From Parcubacteria group bacterium Gr01-1014_30 (lineage in GTDB: Bacteria > Patescibacteriota > Minisyncoccia > Minisyncoccales > 2-12-FULL-40-12): a DNA stretch of 64,000 nucleotides. The notes beneath the pieces were generated by a model. That model made no database searches. It was not told the DNA's origin and saw only the letters and a list, made by a program, of their open reading frames with translations. The stretch covers positions 89,983 through 153,982 of the forward strand of contig VMFS01000003.1 of the NCBI GenBank assembly GCA_007376185.1. The letters are read 5' to 3'. The position numbers were made by a program, and so were the translations under genes. Of this stretch, positions 1 through 8,803 are shown in pieces (within the stretch, counting starts at the first letter, position 1; each line of letters starts with the position of its first letter).

Positions 1-2
1 GC

Positions 3-719
3 CAAGAAGAAATTGCCCAAAAAGTAAAAGGCGCTTGCAGCGCCCAAGAGGAGGTCAGATTTCATTTTCAATGCCTGCACGGCTTGGGGCACGCAGTTAT
101 GTTTTTTCTTGATTACGACCTTGAAGAGTCTTTGGAAATCTGCGAAGACACGGGCGACAACTGGAGCCAAAGTTCTTGCCGAGGAGGCGTTTTTATGGAG
201 AACATGTTTTCGTCGTCTCCGGAAAAACGCGATTTTAGCTTAGACGACTATCATTATCCTTGTTCAAAGCTGGAAGAAAAATACAAAGCCGACTGTTATA
301 TGATGCAAACCTCCAGAATGTCGGAAATGGGTTTGGGTCTGGAAGGTCTTTTTACAGAATGCCGCAAAGCCGAAAATTTTGTCGCAAATTGTTTTCAGTC
401 AATTGGCAGAGATCTTTCCAACGACGCAAGGATTAATGATCCGCGCATTACTTCAAAGAAATGCGAGGGTTTGGAAGTAAGAGAACAAGACGCCTGCATA
501 AGAGGAGTCATTTACGCTTTAATGGACAACACTTGGAACGGCAGATATGCTTTTCCTTTTTGTGAGAGCTTTGAAGAAATGGCTCCAAAGATGTACTGTT
601 TTTCAGCAAGCGCTTCCTATCTTTCAAACACCTTTGTAAAAACAGGGCAAGAACTCTTAAAGGACTGCCAAACTTGGGCGCCTTCCAGTGAGGTGTGTTT
701 GGCGACAGTTGGATATTAG
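3..719 (+). CDS. Cys-rich hypothetical protein, 5' end runs off the window
   Basis: Frame is open from base 3 to TAG 717-719. Many Cys/His residues. No family recognised. Confidence 0.4.
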   Translation, partial: QEEIAQKVKGACSAQEEVRFHFQCLHGLGHAVMFFLDYDLEESLEICEDTGDNWSQSSCRGGVFMENMFSSSPEKRDFSLDDYHYPCSKLEEKYKADCYMMQTSRMSEMGLGLEGLFTECRKAENFVANCFQSIGRDLSNDARINDPRITSKKCEGLEVREQDACIRGVIYALMDNTWNGRYAFPFCESFEEMAPKMYCFSASASYLSNTFVKTGQELLKDCQTWAPSSEVCLATVGY

Positions 720-748
720 CAAAAAAACGCACACCAGGTGCTGTGTCT

Positions 749-1198
749 TCAGTAATCCAAAACCTCCAATCCCAACAAACTGCCATCAGGTTTTATGTTG
801 TAAAGGGTAAATACCGGATATTTGTTCTTGAACTGATTTTCTAGATTTTGATAAAGAGAAGCGTTCATAAGTATGGTGAAAGGCGGATCCTCAACCGATA
901 AAGCCGAGAGGGGGTCAATAACTCTGGAGGTTTGCTCCATTTCGCTGTTTTTGAAAAAACCTAGCCAAGCATTCCATTGGTGGCTTACGCCTCATGAATA
1001 GTAAGGGTATGAGGCAGAATCCGCCGCAAGATAAAAATCGTAGTCGGGAATGTTATTTTTGGAATCAACGTATCTGGCCGTGCCCCCCAGGTCGTTGCCC
1101 AAGCTATACCCTTCAAGAACAAATTTCCCGAAAGTAGATAAATTCCACAAAAAGATGAGTCCGACGCCGGTCCATAAGAATAACAGTTTAAAAGCTCC
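749..1198 (-). pseudogene. Same-frame continuation of the glycosyltransferase, cut by in-frame TAA and TGA
   Basis: Frame of 2344..1199 continues as GAFKLLFLWTGVGLIF... to 749. It is interrupted by TAA (1201-1199) and TGA (994-992). Confidence 0.4.
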
Positions 1199-2344
1199 TT
1201 AAACCTTGAGCGTTTTTCCGGCAAGACCGGCTAGCAAGAACAATCCTTCAACCACCAAATAAGCTACAAAAGGCAGAATAACCAGCATCCTTGTATAATT
1301 TGGGGTTTTGCCAGTTAGAAAAGCGAAAATCACCAACAGAAGGCAGAACCCAGATAGAACAAGAATTTTTCCTTCTTTTTTCTCCCTGTGGGAAAAACCG
1401 AAGACCAAACCCGCCGCCCCGACCCAAATTAATACGCCGCCAAGAGGGTCGACAAAACCACTGCCGTAATTGGGATAGATATAACCATGGTCGTGAATCG
1501 GTTTGTTAAACATAAAAAAGCCGTTTTTTATGTTTGTTAAGACCGCTTCGCGGATACTTGAAGCGTACAACCATTCTTTTTGGAGTTCCCGTCCTTCTTG
1601 ATAGATTAGGAGTTGGCGGTTTTGATAGGCGATGGATTCAGGCAGCAATTTCACCGTTTCAGTCAGTACCGGAAAAGCGATCAGAACAAAACCAGCCATA
1701 TTTAGGGCCAGCATTTTGAGCCGGATTTTTCGTTCGGTTCTGTCTGTGTTGAAAAATATGACCAGGCCCATAAAAAGCGCCCAGATCAAGATAACCGCTC
1801 TGGTCGGGAAATAAACGTAAAACGAAAACCCGGACGCCGCTCCGCCCAGGAAGCTTAATAAGAGTGATTTTTTCTTGAGTCCCGCGTATAAAATCACCAA
1901 AGCCAACACAAGCGTCAAAATAGCAGAATTATCTCTCATCGCCATGCGGCTTATGGCAAGCAGGACGTGGTTTGATCCCATAATTACTGCCGCCGCCGCG
2001 GCCGACCTTTTCTCAAACAGCAGATAAAAAAGGAAATAGCTGATTCCGATAACGGCCAGTCCAGATAGGGCGTGGATCAATCTTACGTTTTCCAGTTCTA
2101 CGCCGCCCAGCGCCGAGCTTAAAAGACCGAGCGAAGCAAAACTAAAGTCCGGAAAGTAAAAGTAGTCGCTGCGCAGTTTAAAGATCCCCGATAAAAAGTT
2201 TTCGGACAGGCTTCTTTCAGCCATCTGCATTATCGCGATCTCGTCGGTGTTTATCTGGAAAGGAACGTAATATAAGAAAGGGAGGTAAAACAGCGAAAAA
2301 AATAGAACTATGCTTAGGGCGATGTAAAGGTCTTTAAGAGACAT
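1199..2344 (-). CDS. Polytopic membrane glycosyltransferase, GT-C fold (ArnT/PMT-like), N-terminal part
   Basis: 381 aa with many TM helices. First loop has a TDE motif (QINTDEIAIMQMA), as in GT39/ArnT-type enzymes. Confidence 0.5.
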   Translation of the reverse strand: MSLKDLYIALSIVLFFSLFYLPFLYYVPFQINTDEIAIMQMAERSLSENFLSGIFKLRSDYFYFPDFSFASLGLLSSALGGVELENVRLIHALSGLAVIGISYFLFYLLFEKRSAAAAAVIMGSNHVLLAISRMAMRDNSAILTLVLALVILYAGLKKKSLLLSFLGGAASGFSFYVYFPTRAVILIWALFMGLVIFFNTDRTERKIRLKMLALNMAGFVLIAFPVLTETVKLLPESIAYQNRQLLIYQEGRELQKEWLYASSIREAVLTNIKNGFFMFNKPIHDHGYIYPNYGSGFVDPLGGVLIWVGAAGLVFGFSHREKKEGKILVLSGFCLLLVIFAFLTGKTPNYTRMLVILPFVAYLVVEGLFLLAGLAGKTLKV

Positions 2345-2354
2345 CTTTTGGAAA

Positions 2355-3320
2355 CTAAAGGTTTCTCAGCTTTCGCATAAGAGCGAAAACGTCTGCCTGA
2401 CGGTTGTCTGATTGCAAAAGAACTATGGCAAAGGGCTCTTCTTTAACCAAAAACACTCCTGCGAAAGTTTGTTTAGCTTTTAACAAATACCCCGTTTTTC
2501 CGCCTACAAAAGCCGAAAGGGGATAGAAATTATTCACGTTCTGAAACTTGAGCTGATTTCCGTTTCTATCTGGCAGCCAAAAGTCGTTGTTTTTCGTGAT
2601 TTCTAGAATTTCAGGATAGCTTTTGTAAATATAAGTCACGAGCTTGGCGAGGTCAGCCGAGGTTGAGACGTTGTCGGCGCTCAAGCCACTGGAGTCATAA
2701 AAAACGGTATTTGCCATTCCAAGGTCTTTAGCTTTTTGGTTCATTTTCTCAACGAACTCTTGCTTTCCCAGAAGGTAAGTCAGGGCTTCTGCAGCGTCGT
2801 TTGACGACTGAATCAGAGAGGCCTTCAAAAGATTTTCCGCGCTTACTTTTAAACCCGGATACAGCGAAGGGCTCCAACCTAAGGGCTTGAGCATTTGGGC
2901 GGTTAAGGTTATTTTCTGTTCATAGAGGCCATTTTCTTGCGATATTAAGGCCGTCATCAGCTTTGTTACGGAAGCTACGGGCAAGGGTTGGTTTGGTTTT
3001 TTTTGTGCTAAAACCGAGTTGTCGGAAAGACGAACCGCGATATACGAGGATGCGCCCACTTCCTGCCGAGCCTGCATGTTCAAAAGCAGCGATTGGAGGA
3101 GTTGTACTTCAAATTTCAAAATTTCTATTTGACGTTGCAACGTTTGTACTGTCAACCCCGTTAGAAAGTAATTTTCCAAACCAGTGAAAACAATATTTGT
3201 TTTATTGGGATGGTGATGCGAGCTTTCTAACGGGGTTGACGCTTGAACCATCCCCGTGTTAAAATGAAAGAGTGACAGTATAGCTAAAGATAGCAAGGTA
3301 AACTGGATTTTCTGTTTCAT
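2355..3320 (-). CDS. D-alanyl-D-alanine carboxypeptidase (peptidase S11, PBP5-like)
   Basis: SxxK (SVTKLMT), SxN (SSNDAA) and KTG (GGKTGY) motifs. N-terminal signal peptide. Confidence 0.85.
   Translation of the reverse strand: MKQKIQFTLLSLAILSLFHFNTGMVQASTPLESSHHHPNKTNIVFTGLENYFLTGLTVQTLQRQIEILKFEVQLLQSLLLNMQARQEVGASSYIAVRLSDNSVLAQKKPNQPLPVASVTKLMTALISQENGLYEQKITLTAQMLKPLGWSPSLYPGLKVSAENLLKASLIQSSNDAAEALTYLLGKQEFVEKMNQKAKDLGMANTVFYDSSGLSADNVSTSADLAKLVTYIYKSYPEILEITKNNDFWLPDRNGNQLKFQNVNNFYPLSAFVGGKTGYLLKAKQTFAGVFLVKEEPFAIVLLQSDNRQADVFALMRKLRNL
3156..3235. repeat. Palindromic element, family 1 (CCCCGTTAGAAAG...CTTTCTAACGGGG), inside the peptidase CDS
   Basis: 18-nt inverted arms at 3151-3168 and 3223-3240. 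Same termini occur at 34025-34134 and 44046-44128. Confidence 0.7.
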
Positions 3321-3392
3321 AACCTCATTATACTAAAATGTTCAACGAATCAAAGATTCTTTTCACCTTTTAATAAATTTCCATTTATTAAA

Positions 3393-3590
3393 ATGTTTGA
3401 CTACAAAAAACACGTTTCCACCAGCCATTGCTCTTCTTGCCACGGCCAAGGAGATGGTTTCAAATGCGTTGAATGCGGCCAGACCTCTGACAAACACGAC
3501 CCAAACCATTGGAGGAATTGCGAAAAGGGAGGAAAGATGAAGGTAAGGTGCAAAAAATGTGGCGAGGCAGAAGACAACTGCCCTTGTTGA
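3393..3590 (+). CDS. Small Cys-rich protein, possible zinc-ribbon or metal-binding
   Basis: 65 aa with CSSC, CVEC, CKKC and CPC pairs. Ends 8 nt before the RBS and start of the next gene. Confidence 0.45.
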   Translation: MFDYKKHVSTSHCSSCHGQGDGFKCVECGQTSDKHDPNHWRNCEKGGKMKVRCKKCGEAEDNCPC

Positions 3591-3597
3591 GGGAGTA

Positions 3598-4464
3598 ATG
3601 AGAAAATCCATATTGCTTTTATTTTTGGCAGCCCTTGTTTTGGGTGTTTTGTTTTTTTGGAGCAGTAGTTTGGACTTTTACTCAAAAATAGGCCTGGGTC
3701 TTTTGCAAGTTCAAGAAGATACGGGCGTTTTACTCAAAGAAGTCAAAGAACAGGTGTCTGCTCCGGCTCCTTTGATCATTGAGAAGCGTCTGCCAGAGTC
3801 CTTTTTAACTCAAGCAGGTGTGGTTGAGTGGACAAATGTCCAAAGAGTAAAGAACGGTCTGCCAGCTCTTCGCGAAAATGCCCAGCTCAACACGTCAGCT
3901 TTAATTAAAACAGAAGACATGATTGCCAAACAGTACTTTGGGCACGTTTCTCCCGAAAGGGAGGGAGCAGGTGATTTTGTGAACAAGGCAGGTTATGAGT
4001 TTGTGGCCATTGGAGAGAACTTGGCTTTGGGCGATTTTGAAAACGAAGAAATCCTTGTGCAAGGATGGATGGATAGCCCTGGACACAGAGCCAACATTCT
4101 GAACTCTCAATACCAGGAAATCGGCGTTGCCGTCCTGAAAGGAGAATATCAAGGAAGAGTAACCTGGTTGGCTGTTCAGCATTTTGGTAGGCCGGCTTCT
4201 TCATGCCCTGCGCCTTCTGAAGCAGTTTTGTCAGAAATAAAAGAAAACCAAGGGAGTATAGAAGAATTTGATTCTATTTTGGCGGAACTTCGCCAAGAGA
4301 TTGACTCAATGCGCCCCAAGCGCGGCCCTGAATACAACAGAAAGGTTGATGAGTATAACGCCCTTGTTGCGCAGTACAACTTGTTAATTGACCAAACCAA
4401 AGCTTTAATTGAGCAGTATAATGCAAAAGTCCAGCAATTCAACCAGTGCGTTCAGGGAGGGTAG
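3598..4464 (+). CDS. CAP/SCP/PR1-like domain secreted protein
   Basis: GAGGGAG RBS then ATG 3598. Signal/TM helix. GHVSP...GENLA...GWMDSPGHRANIL CAP-domain signature. Confidence 0.8.
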   Translation: MRKSILLLFLAALVLGVLFFWSSSLDFYSKIGLGLLQVQEDTGVLLKEVKEQVSAPAPLIIEKRLPESFLTQAGVVEWTNVQRVKNGLPALRENAQLNTSALIKTEDMIAKQYFGHVSPEREGAGDFVNKAGYEFVAIGENLALGDFENEEILVQGWMDSPGHRANILNSQYQEIGVAVLKGEYQGRVTWLAVQHFGRPASSCPAPSEAVLSEIKENQGSIEEFDSILAELRQEIDSMRPKRGPEYNRKVDEYNALVAQYNLLIDQTKALIEQYNAKVQQFNQCVQGG

Positions 4465-5113
4465 TAGAAGTAGGGAGCGTAAAAAGCGGGCGCTGATAGT
4501 TATTCAAGTTTTGAAAAAGCTTTTTCCAAAAGCCAAAATTGTTTTGAATTACTCAAATAACTGGGAGCTTTTAGTGGCGGTGGTGTTGTCGGCTCAGTGC
4601 ACCGACAAAAAAGTAAACGAAATTACCCAAGCACTTTTCAAAAAATACAGAACCTTGCAGGACTACGTAAAAGCCGACCAAAAAGAGTTTGAAGAAGATA
4701 TTAAGTCAGCCGGGTTTTACAGAAACAAAGCAAAAAACATCTTGGCTTCAGCACGAATCGTCAAAGATAAGTTTGGAGGCCAAGTGCCAGATACCATGGA
4801 AGGGCTTTTGCAACTTCCTGGTGTTGCCAGAAAAACCGCCAACATAATTTTAGGAAACGCTTTCGGAAAAGTTGAAGGCATAGCCGTTGACACGCACGTT
4901 CGGCGTCTCTCTAGAAAACTTGGTTTGACCGACAACCAAGACCCCAATAAAATAGAGCGCGATTTGATGGGGCTTTTGCCCAAAACAGAGTGGTTCAACT
5001 TCACTTACCGTTTGATAGACTACGGCAGAAAATTTTGTCCGGCAAGAAAACACAACTGTCAAAACCACCCTCTAACTAAAATCTGGCCCAAAGCCGCTGA
5101 CATTTGGCCATAA
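4409..5113 (+). CDS. nth: Endonuclease III (HhH-GPD DNA glycosylase)
   Basis: LLVAVVLSAQCTDKKVN, LPGVARKTANIILG and GIAVDTHVRR motifs. Start is uncertain because it overlaps the upstream gene. Confidence 0.85.
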   Translation: MSSIMQKSSNSTSAFREGSRSRERKKRALIVIQVLKKLFPKAKIVLNYSNNWELLVAVVLSAQCTDKKVNEITQALFKKYRTLQDYVKADQKEFEEDIKSAGFYRNKAKNILASARIVKDKFGGQVPDTMEGLLQLPGVARKTANIILGNAFGKVEGIAVDTHVRRLSRKLGLTDNQDPNKIERDLMGLLPKTEWFNFTYRLIDYGRKFCPARKHNCQNHPLTKIWPKAADIWP

Positions 5114-5175
5114 GGGGAGGACGAAGGGTAAATAGATTTTTTACAGGATTTGTGGTATGTTGAATTGTTAAAAAT

Positions 5176-6768
5176 ATGCTTCAAAAAGTTAAGGGATTTA
5201 TTTTTCAGCATAAAGTAGTTACGGGAGTAATAGTTGCGGTTTTACTGGTGGTCGGATGGCAGGCCTACAGAGCAATGACTGACGATTCTGGCGAGACACG
5301 ATATGTTTTGGCTCAGGTTCAAAAAGGAACCCTTAGTGTTTCGGTTTCTGGAACCGGGCAGGTTGAAGCCGGAACTCAAGTTGACTTAAAACCTAAAATT
5401 GCGGGCGAGGTGGCGCGTGTGCCCGTTCGAACTGGCGAGCCCGTAAAAGCCGGAACTTTGCTGGTACAGTTTGACTCAAGAGATGCGCAGCTGAACTTGG
5501 AAAATGAGAAGCTCGCGCTGGATAAATTAAAACTGGAACAGGGGCAGCGTTTGAGAGGGGACGTGCTGAATAAAGTTCAGGAGGAGGGTATGAGCGAGCT
5601 CGCGGGTTTTTACGGAGAATTTCTTGCTATTTTAGACGACCTTGACGATATTTTTTTCGGCACTGAAATATCGGGCAAATCATCTGAAGACAACATCACT
5701 TACTACGCGAAGTACGCTAAGCAGTCCAGCTTGATTCCCGCGCGCGCAAAAAATTTATTTGATGAGATACAAGGCCTGCACCAATCGGCGATTTCAGAGT
5801 TTGAAGGGGCCCAACGAGGAGGAAATTCTCAAAGAACGAGCGCTATTCAAAAAGGGGCTGAACTTGCCTCAAAAACCGCGGAATTAATAAAGCTTGGCAG
5901 AGACGCCGTAAGAGCCGTGCAGGATTTTATCATTGCTGAGGGAGTGGTCCACAGAAAACAGACTACCGTTGACAGCCATGGGTCCGACCTCGCCGACTAT
6001 GCTTTGGCAATAGACGACTATCTGCAAAGTTTGCTTGCCCTGGCCAACACTATCAATGGCGAACTTGACGATTTAGAATCCCAGCCACTGGAATTAAAAG
6101 CGCAGGAGCTGGCTGTTCTGGAGGCGCAAAATAAACTCGCCGATTACTACCTGAGAGCTCCCTTTGACGGCGTCATAGGGAGAGTTGACGTTAAAGCTGG
6201 CGAGCAGGTGTCTTTAGCAGACACGCTCGCAGTTCTTATTACCAGCCAGAAGTTTGCTGAAATTCCTTTAAACGAAATTGACGCGGCAAGGGTTTTGCCA
6301 GAACAGGAGGCAACTCTTACTTTTGACGCTCTGACCGATTTGGAAATAAAGGGTCAAGTTGCCGAAGTTGACGTCGTGGGCGACGTGTCGCAGGGGGTTG
6401 TAACTTATGATGTTAAAATTGCCTTTGAGTCAGCAGATTCCAGAATCAAACCATCAATGAGCGTTTCTGCCGATATAGTTACTCAAACCAAAACAGACGT
6501 TTTAATGGTGCCCAATTCAGCCGTGAAGACCCAGGGTAATGTTTCATACGTTGAACTTCCCGAGGGGGCCGGCAGACGAAATGTGCAAGTGGGCATTTCT
6601 TCGGACGAGTTCACAGAAATCGTTGCAGGGCTGCAGGAAGGCGAATCCGTTGTGGCCAGGATACTGCAAGGAAGTTCAGCGGCGCCTCAAAACAGCGGAT
6701 TTCCTTTTGGAGGCAGCAGAACTGTCGCTCCCGGAGGAGGTGGAAATAGGGTCTTCATCAGTCATTAG
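5176..6768 (+). CDS. HlyD/MacA-type periplasmic adaptor subunit
   Basis: N-terminal TM helix, barrel-sandwich plus long coiled-coil hairpin pattern. Followed directly by a MacB-type ATPase and permease. Confidence 0.75.
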   Translation: MLQKVKGFIFQHKVVTGVIVAVLLVVGWQAYRAMTDDSGETRYVLAQVQKGTLSVSVSGTGQVEAGTQVDLKPKIAGEVARVPVRTGEPVKAGTLLVQFDSRDAQLNLENEKLALDKLKLEQGQRLRGDVLNKVQEEGMSELAGFYGEFLAILDDLDDIFFGTEISGKSSEDNITYYAKYAKQSSLIPARAKNLFDEIQGLHQSAISEFEGAQRGGNSQRTSAIQKGAELASKTAELIKLGRDAVRAVQDFIIAEGVVHRKQTTVDSHGSDLADYALAIDDYLQSLLALANTINGELDDLESQPLELKAQELAVLEAQNKLADYYLRAPFDGVIGRVDVKAGEQVSLADTLAVLITSQKFAEIPLNEIDAARVLPEQEATLTFDALTDLEIKGQVAEVDVVGDVSQGVVTYDVKIAFESADSRIKPSMSVSADIVTQTKTDVLMVPNSAVKTQGNVSYVELPEGAGRRNVQVGISSDEFTEIVAGLQEGESVVARILQGSSAAPQNSGFPFGGSRTVAPGGGGNRVFISH

Positions 6769-6777
6769 TCGTGGGCT

Positions 6778-7515
6778 ATGATTGAGTGTAAAGATATCTC
6801 AAAAATATACAAAAGCGGCCCTTCGACAAGCTCAGGGCAAGCGATTGAAACACGCGCGCTAAAAAACGTTTCTTTCAAAGTTTCACAAGGCGAGTTCTTG
6901 GCCATTATGGGCCCTTCGGGCTCTGGCAAGTCAACGCTAATGCACATTATGGGTTGTTTGGACACGCCCAATGGCGGTCAGTACTTTCTGGAAGGAAGAG
7001 ACGTTTCACGGCTGTCAGATGATGAGCTTGCCGATATAAGAATGCAGAAAATCGGCTTTGTTTTTCAGGCGTTCAACCTTTTGCCAAGGGCAACTGTTTT
7101 GCGCAACGTAACTTTGCCGCTCTTGTACGCCGGGCTGTCAAGGAAGGAGAGAGAAAATCAAGCAAGAGAAGCTCTGAAAAGTTCGGCCTTTCCTGAAGAG
7201 TTCTGGAATCACTATTCAAATCAACTTTCAGGAGGAATGATGCAAAGAGTGGCTATTGCTCGCGCTCTCTGCAATAACCCGGCCATAATCTTGGCCGATG
7301 AGCCCACCGGCAACCTTGACACCAAAACCGGGAAACAGGTTTTGGACACTTTTCAGCACTTGCACATTAAGCAGGGCAGAACTATTATTCTGATAACTCA
7401 CGAGCAGTACGTAGCAGAACACGCCCAAAGGGTGATTCATATCAGAGACGGTTCTGTGGTGGGCGATGAAAAGGTAAAAGTGCGCAGGCTAGCCAATCAC
7501 CATTATGAAACTTGA
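6778..7515 (+). CDS. ABC transporter ATP-binding protein (MacB/LolD type)
   Basis: Walker [10 protein letters not shown], signature LSGGMMQR, Walker B ILADEPT. Confidence 0.9.
   Translation: MIECKDISKIYKSGPSTSSGQAIETRALKNVSFKVSQGEFLAIMGPSGSGKSTLMHIMGCLDTPNGGQYFLEGRDVSRLSDDELADIRMQKIGFVFQAFNLLPRATVLRNVTLPLLYAGLSRKERENQAREALKSSAFPEEFWNHYSNQLSGGMMQRVAIARALCNNPAIILADEPTGNLDTKTGKQVLDTFQHLHIKQGRTIILITHEQYVAEHAQRVIHIRDGSVVGDEKVKVRRLANHHYET
6818..6843. repeat. Short GC-rich hairpin insert inside the ABC ATPase CDS
   Basis: GCCCT-N11-AGGGC. Encodes the extra GPSTSSGQA between the first two beta strands. Other frames read PFDKLRAS and LRQAQGK. Confidence 0.5.
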
Positions 7516-8722
7516 GGACCTACTCCAAGAAACCGTTACCGCGCTCAGTTCCAATAAAGCTCGTTCCGGCTTGACTATTTTGGGCATTGTTATTGGTATT
7601 GCCTCGGTTATTGCTATGATTTCCATAGGCCAAGGGGTGTCAGAGCAAATAAAATCCAGCATTGAAGGTTTGGGTTCCAATCTATTAACTGTTATGCCTG
7701 GTTTCATACAGCCCGGCAGAGGAGTTGTGTCCGCCGGTAGAGGTACGGCAGAATCTTTGGAGCAAGATGACGTTGAAATAATACGAGAAATTGACGGCGT
7801 GGTTTCTGTTTCCCCAGAAGTTCAGCGCAGATTTCAAGTCGTTTCAGAAACGGGTAACAACACGAACACTTTGGTGCTTGGCATTTTGCCTGAGTACTTA
7901 GAAGCCAGAAACGTTTTTGTGCAAGAAGGGTCATTTATAACGGACGCAAACGTGCGCGCTTTGGGCAGAGTGGTTGTTTTGGGTCCGACGGTAGCTGAGG
8001 ACATTTTCTCTGCACAAGACCCCATAGGCAGGACTATACGTATAAGCGGCATGAATTTTAAGGTGATAGGATTGTTGCAGTCAAAAGGAAGCGCCGGTTT
8101 TTTTAACCCTGACGACGCGGTTTTTATTCCTCTAACTACCATGCAAAAAGTTATTACCGGAGAGGATTTTCTTTCAGCCATAGCCGTAAGCGTGGCATCA
8201 GAAGACAGAATGCCCTTGGTGCAGGCAGAGATTACTCAGGCCTTGGCTAAAAAACACAGAGTTGATCCTGAAAATCCAGATTTTTCCATATTGTCTCAAG
8301 CCGACATCATCGGAGCTTTGACGCAGGTAACTACCACTTTTACAATTTTCCTGGCGGCCGTGGCTGGGATTTCTTTAATTGTAGGAGGTATCGGCATAAT
8401 GAACATGATGCTAACAACTGTGAAGGAAAGGACGCGCGAGATTGGTCTTCGCAAGGCGATTGGAGCAAAAAGGTGCGACATAAGCAGACAGTTCTTGGCC
8501 GAAGCCGTTGCGCTTACTTTTTTGGGAGGGGTTTTGGGAATAATTCTTGGTTGGGCTGTTTCATTTGCGGTTTCACATTTTGCCGGCCTTGCCACAAAAG
8601 TTTCGCCAGGCGCGATTCTTCTTGCTTTTTTGGTGGCATCGGCCATCGGCATTATCTTTGGCTATTACCCCGCTAAAAGGGCGGCTGGTTTGAACCCCAT
8701 AGAGGCATTGCGCTACGAGTAG
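7505..8722 (+). CDS. ABC transporter permease (MacB periplasmic domain plus FtsX)
   Basis: 405 aa with 4 TM helices and a large periplasmic loop. FtsX-type C-terminus. 11-nt overlap with the ATPase gene. Confidence 0.9.
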   Translation: MKLEDLLQETVTALSSNKARSGLTILGIVIGIASVIAMISIGQGVSEQIKSSIEGLGSNLLTVMPGFIQPGRGVVSAGRGTAESLEQDDVEIIREIDGVVSVSPEVQRRFQVVSETGNNTNTLVLGILPEYLEARNVFVQEGSFITDANVRALGRVVVLGPTVAEDIFSAQDPIGRTIRISGMNFKVIGLLQSKGSAGFFNPDDAVFIPLTTMQKVITGEDFLSAIAVSVASEDRMPLVQAEITQALAKKHRVDPENPDFSILSQADIIGALTQVTTTFTIFLAAVAGISLIVGGIGIMNMMLTTVKERTREIGLRKAIGAKRCDISRQFLAEAVALTFLGGVLGIILGWAVSFAVSHFAGLATKVSPGAILLAFLVASAIGIIFGYYPAKRAAGLNPIEALRYE

Positions 8723-8730
8723 CTGGTAGT

Positions 8731-8778
8731 TTGACAACTCAGGCCTGGGGCGTAAAATACATAGATATACATCTATGT
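8731..8778 (+). promoter_or_regulatory. suf operon promoter plus palindromic operator candidate
   Basis: TTGACA (8731-8736), 16-nt spacer, TAAAAT (8753-8758). Then a perfect inverted repeat ACATAGAT-ATAC-ATCTATGT (8759-8778). Confidence 0.4.
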
Positions 8779-8803
8779 ATGTGTTTTAGTTCAGCGATTG
8801 AAT

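Noticed and set aside
992-994. In-frame TGA in the glycosyltransferase as evidence for genetic code 25 (UGA = Gly), as in some CPR lineages.
   Set aside because: TGA terminates several well-conserved genes here at the expected positions (zwf 24422-24424, the cysteine desulfurase 15611-15613, nnrD 46522-46524). The same gene also has an in-frame TAA.
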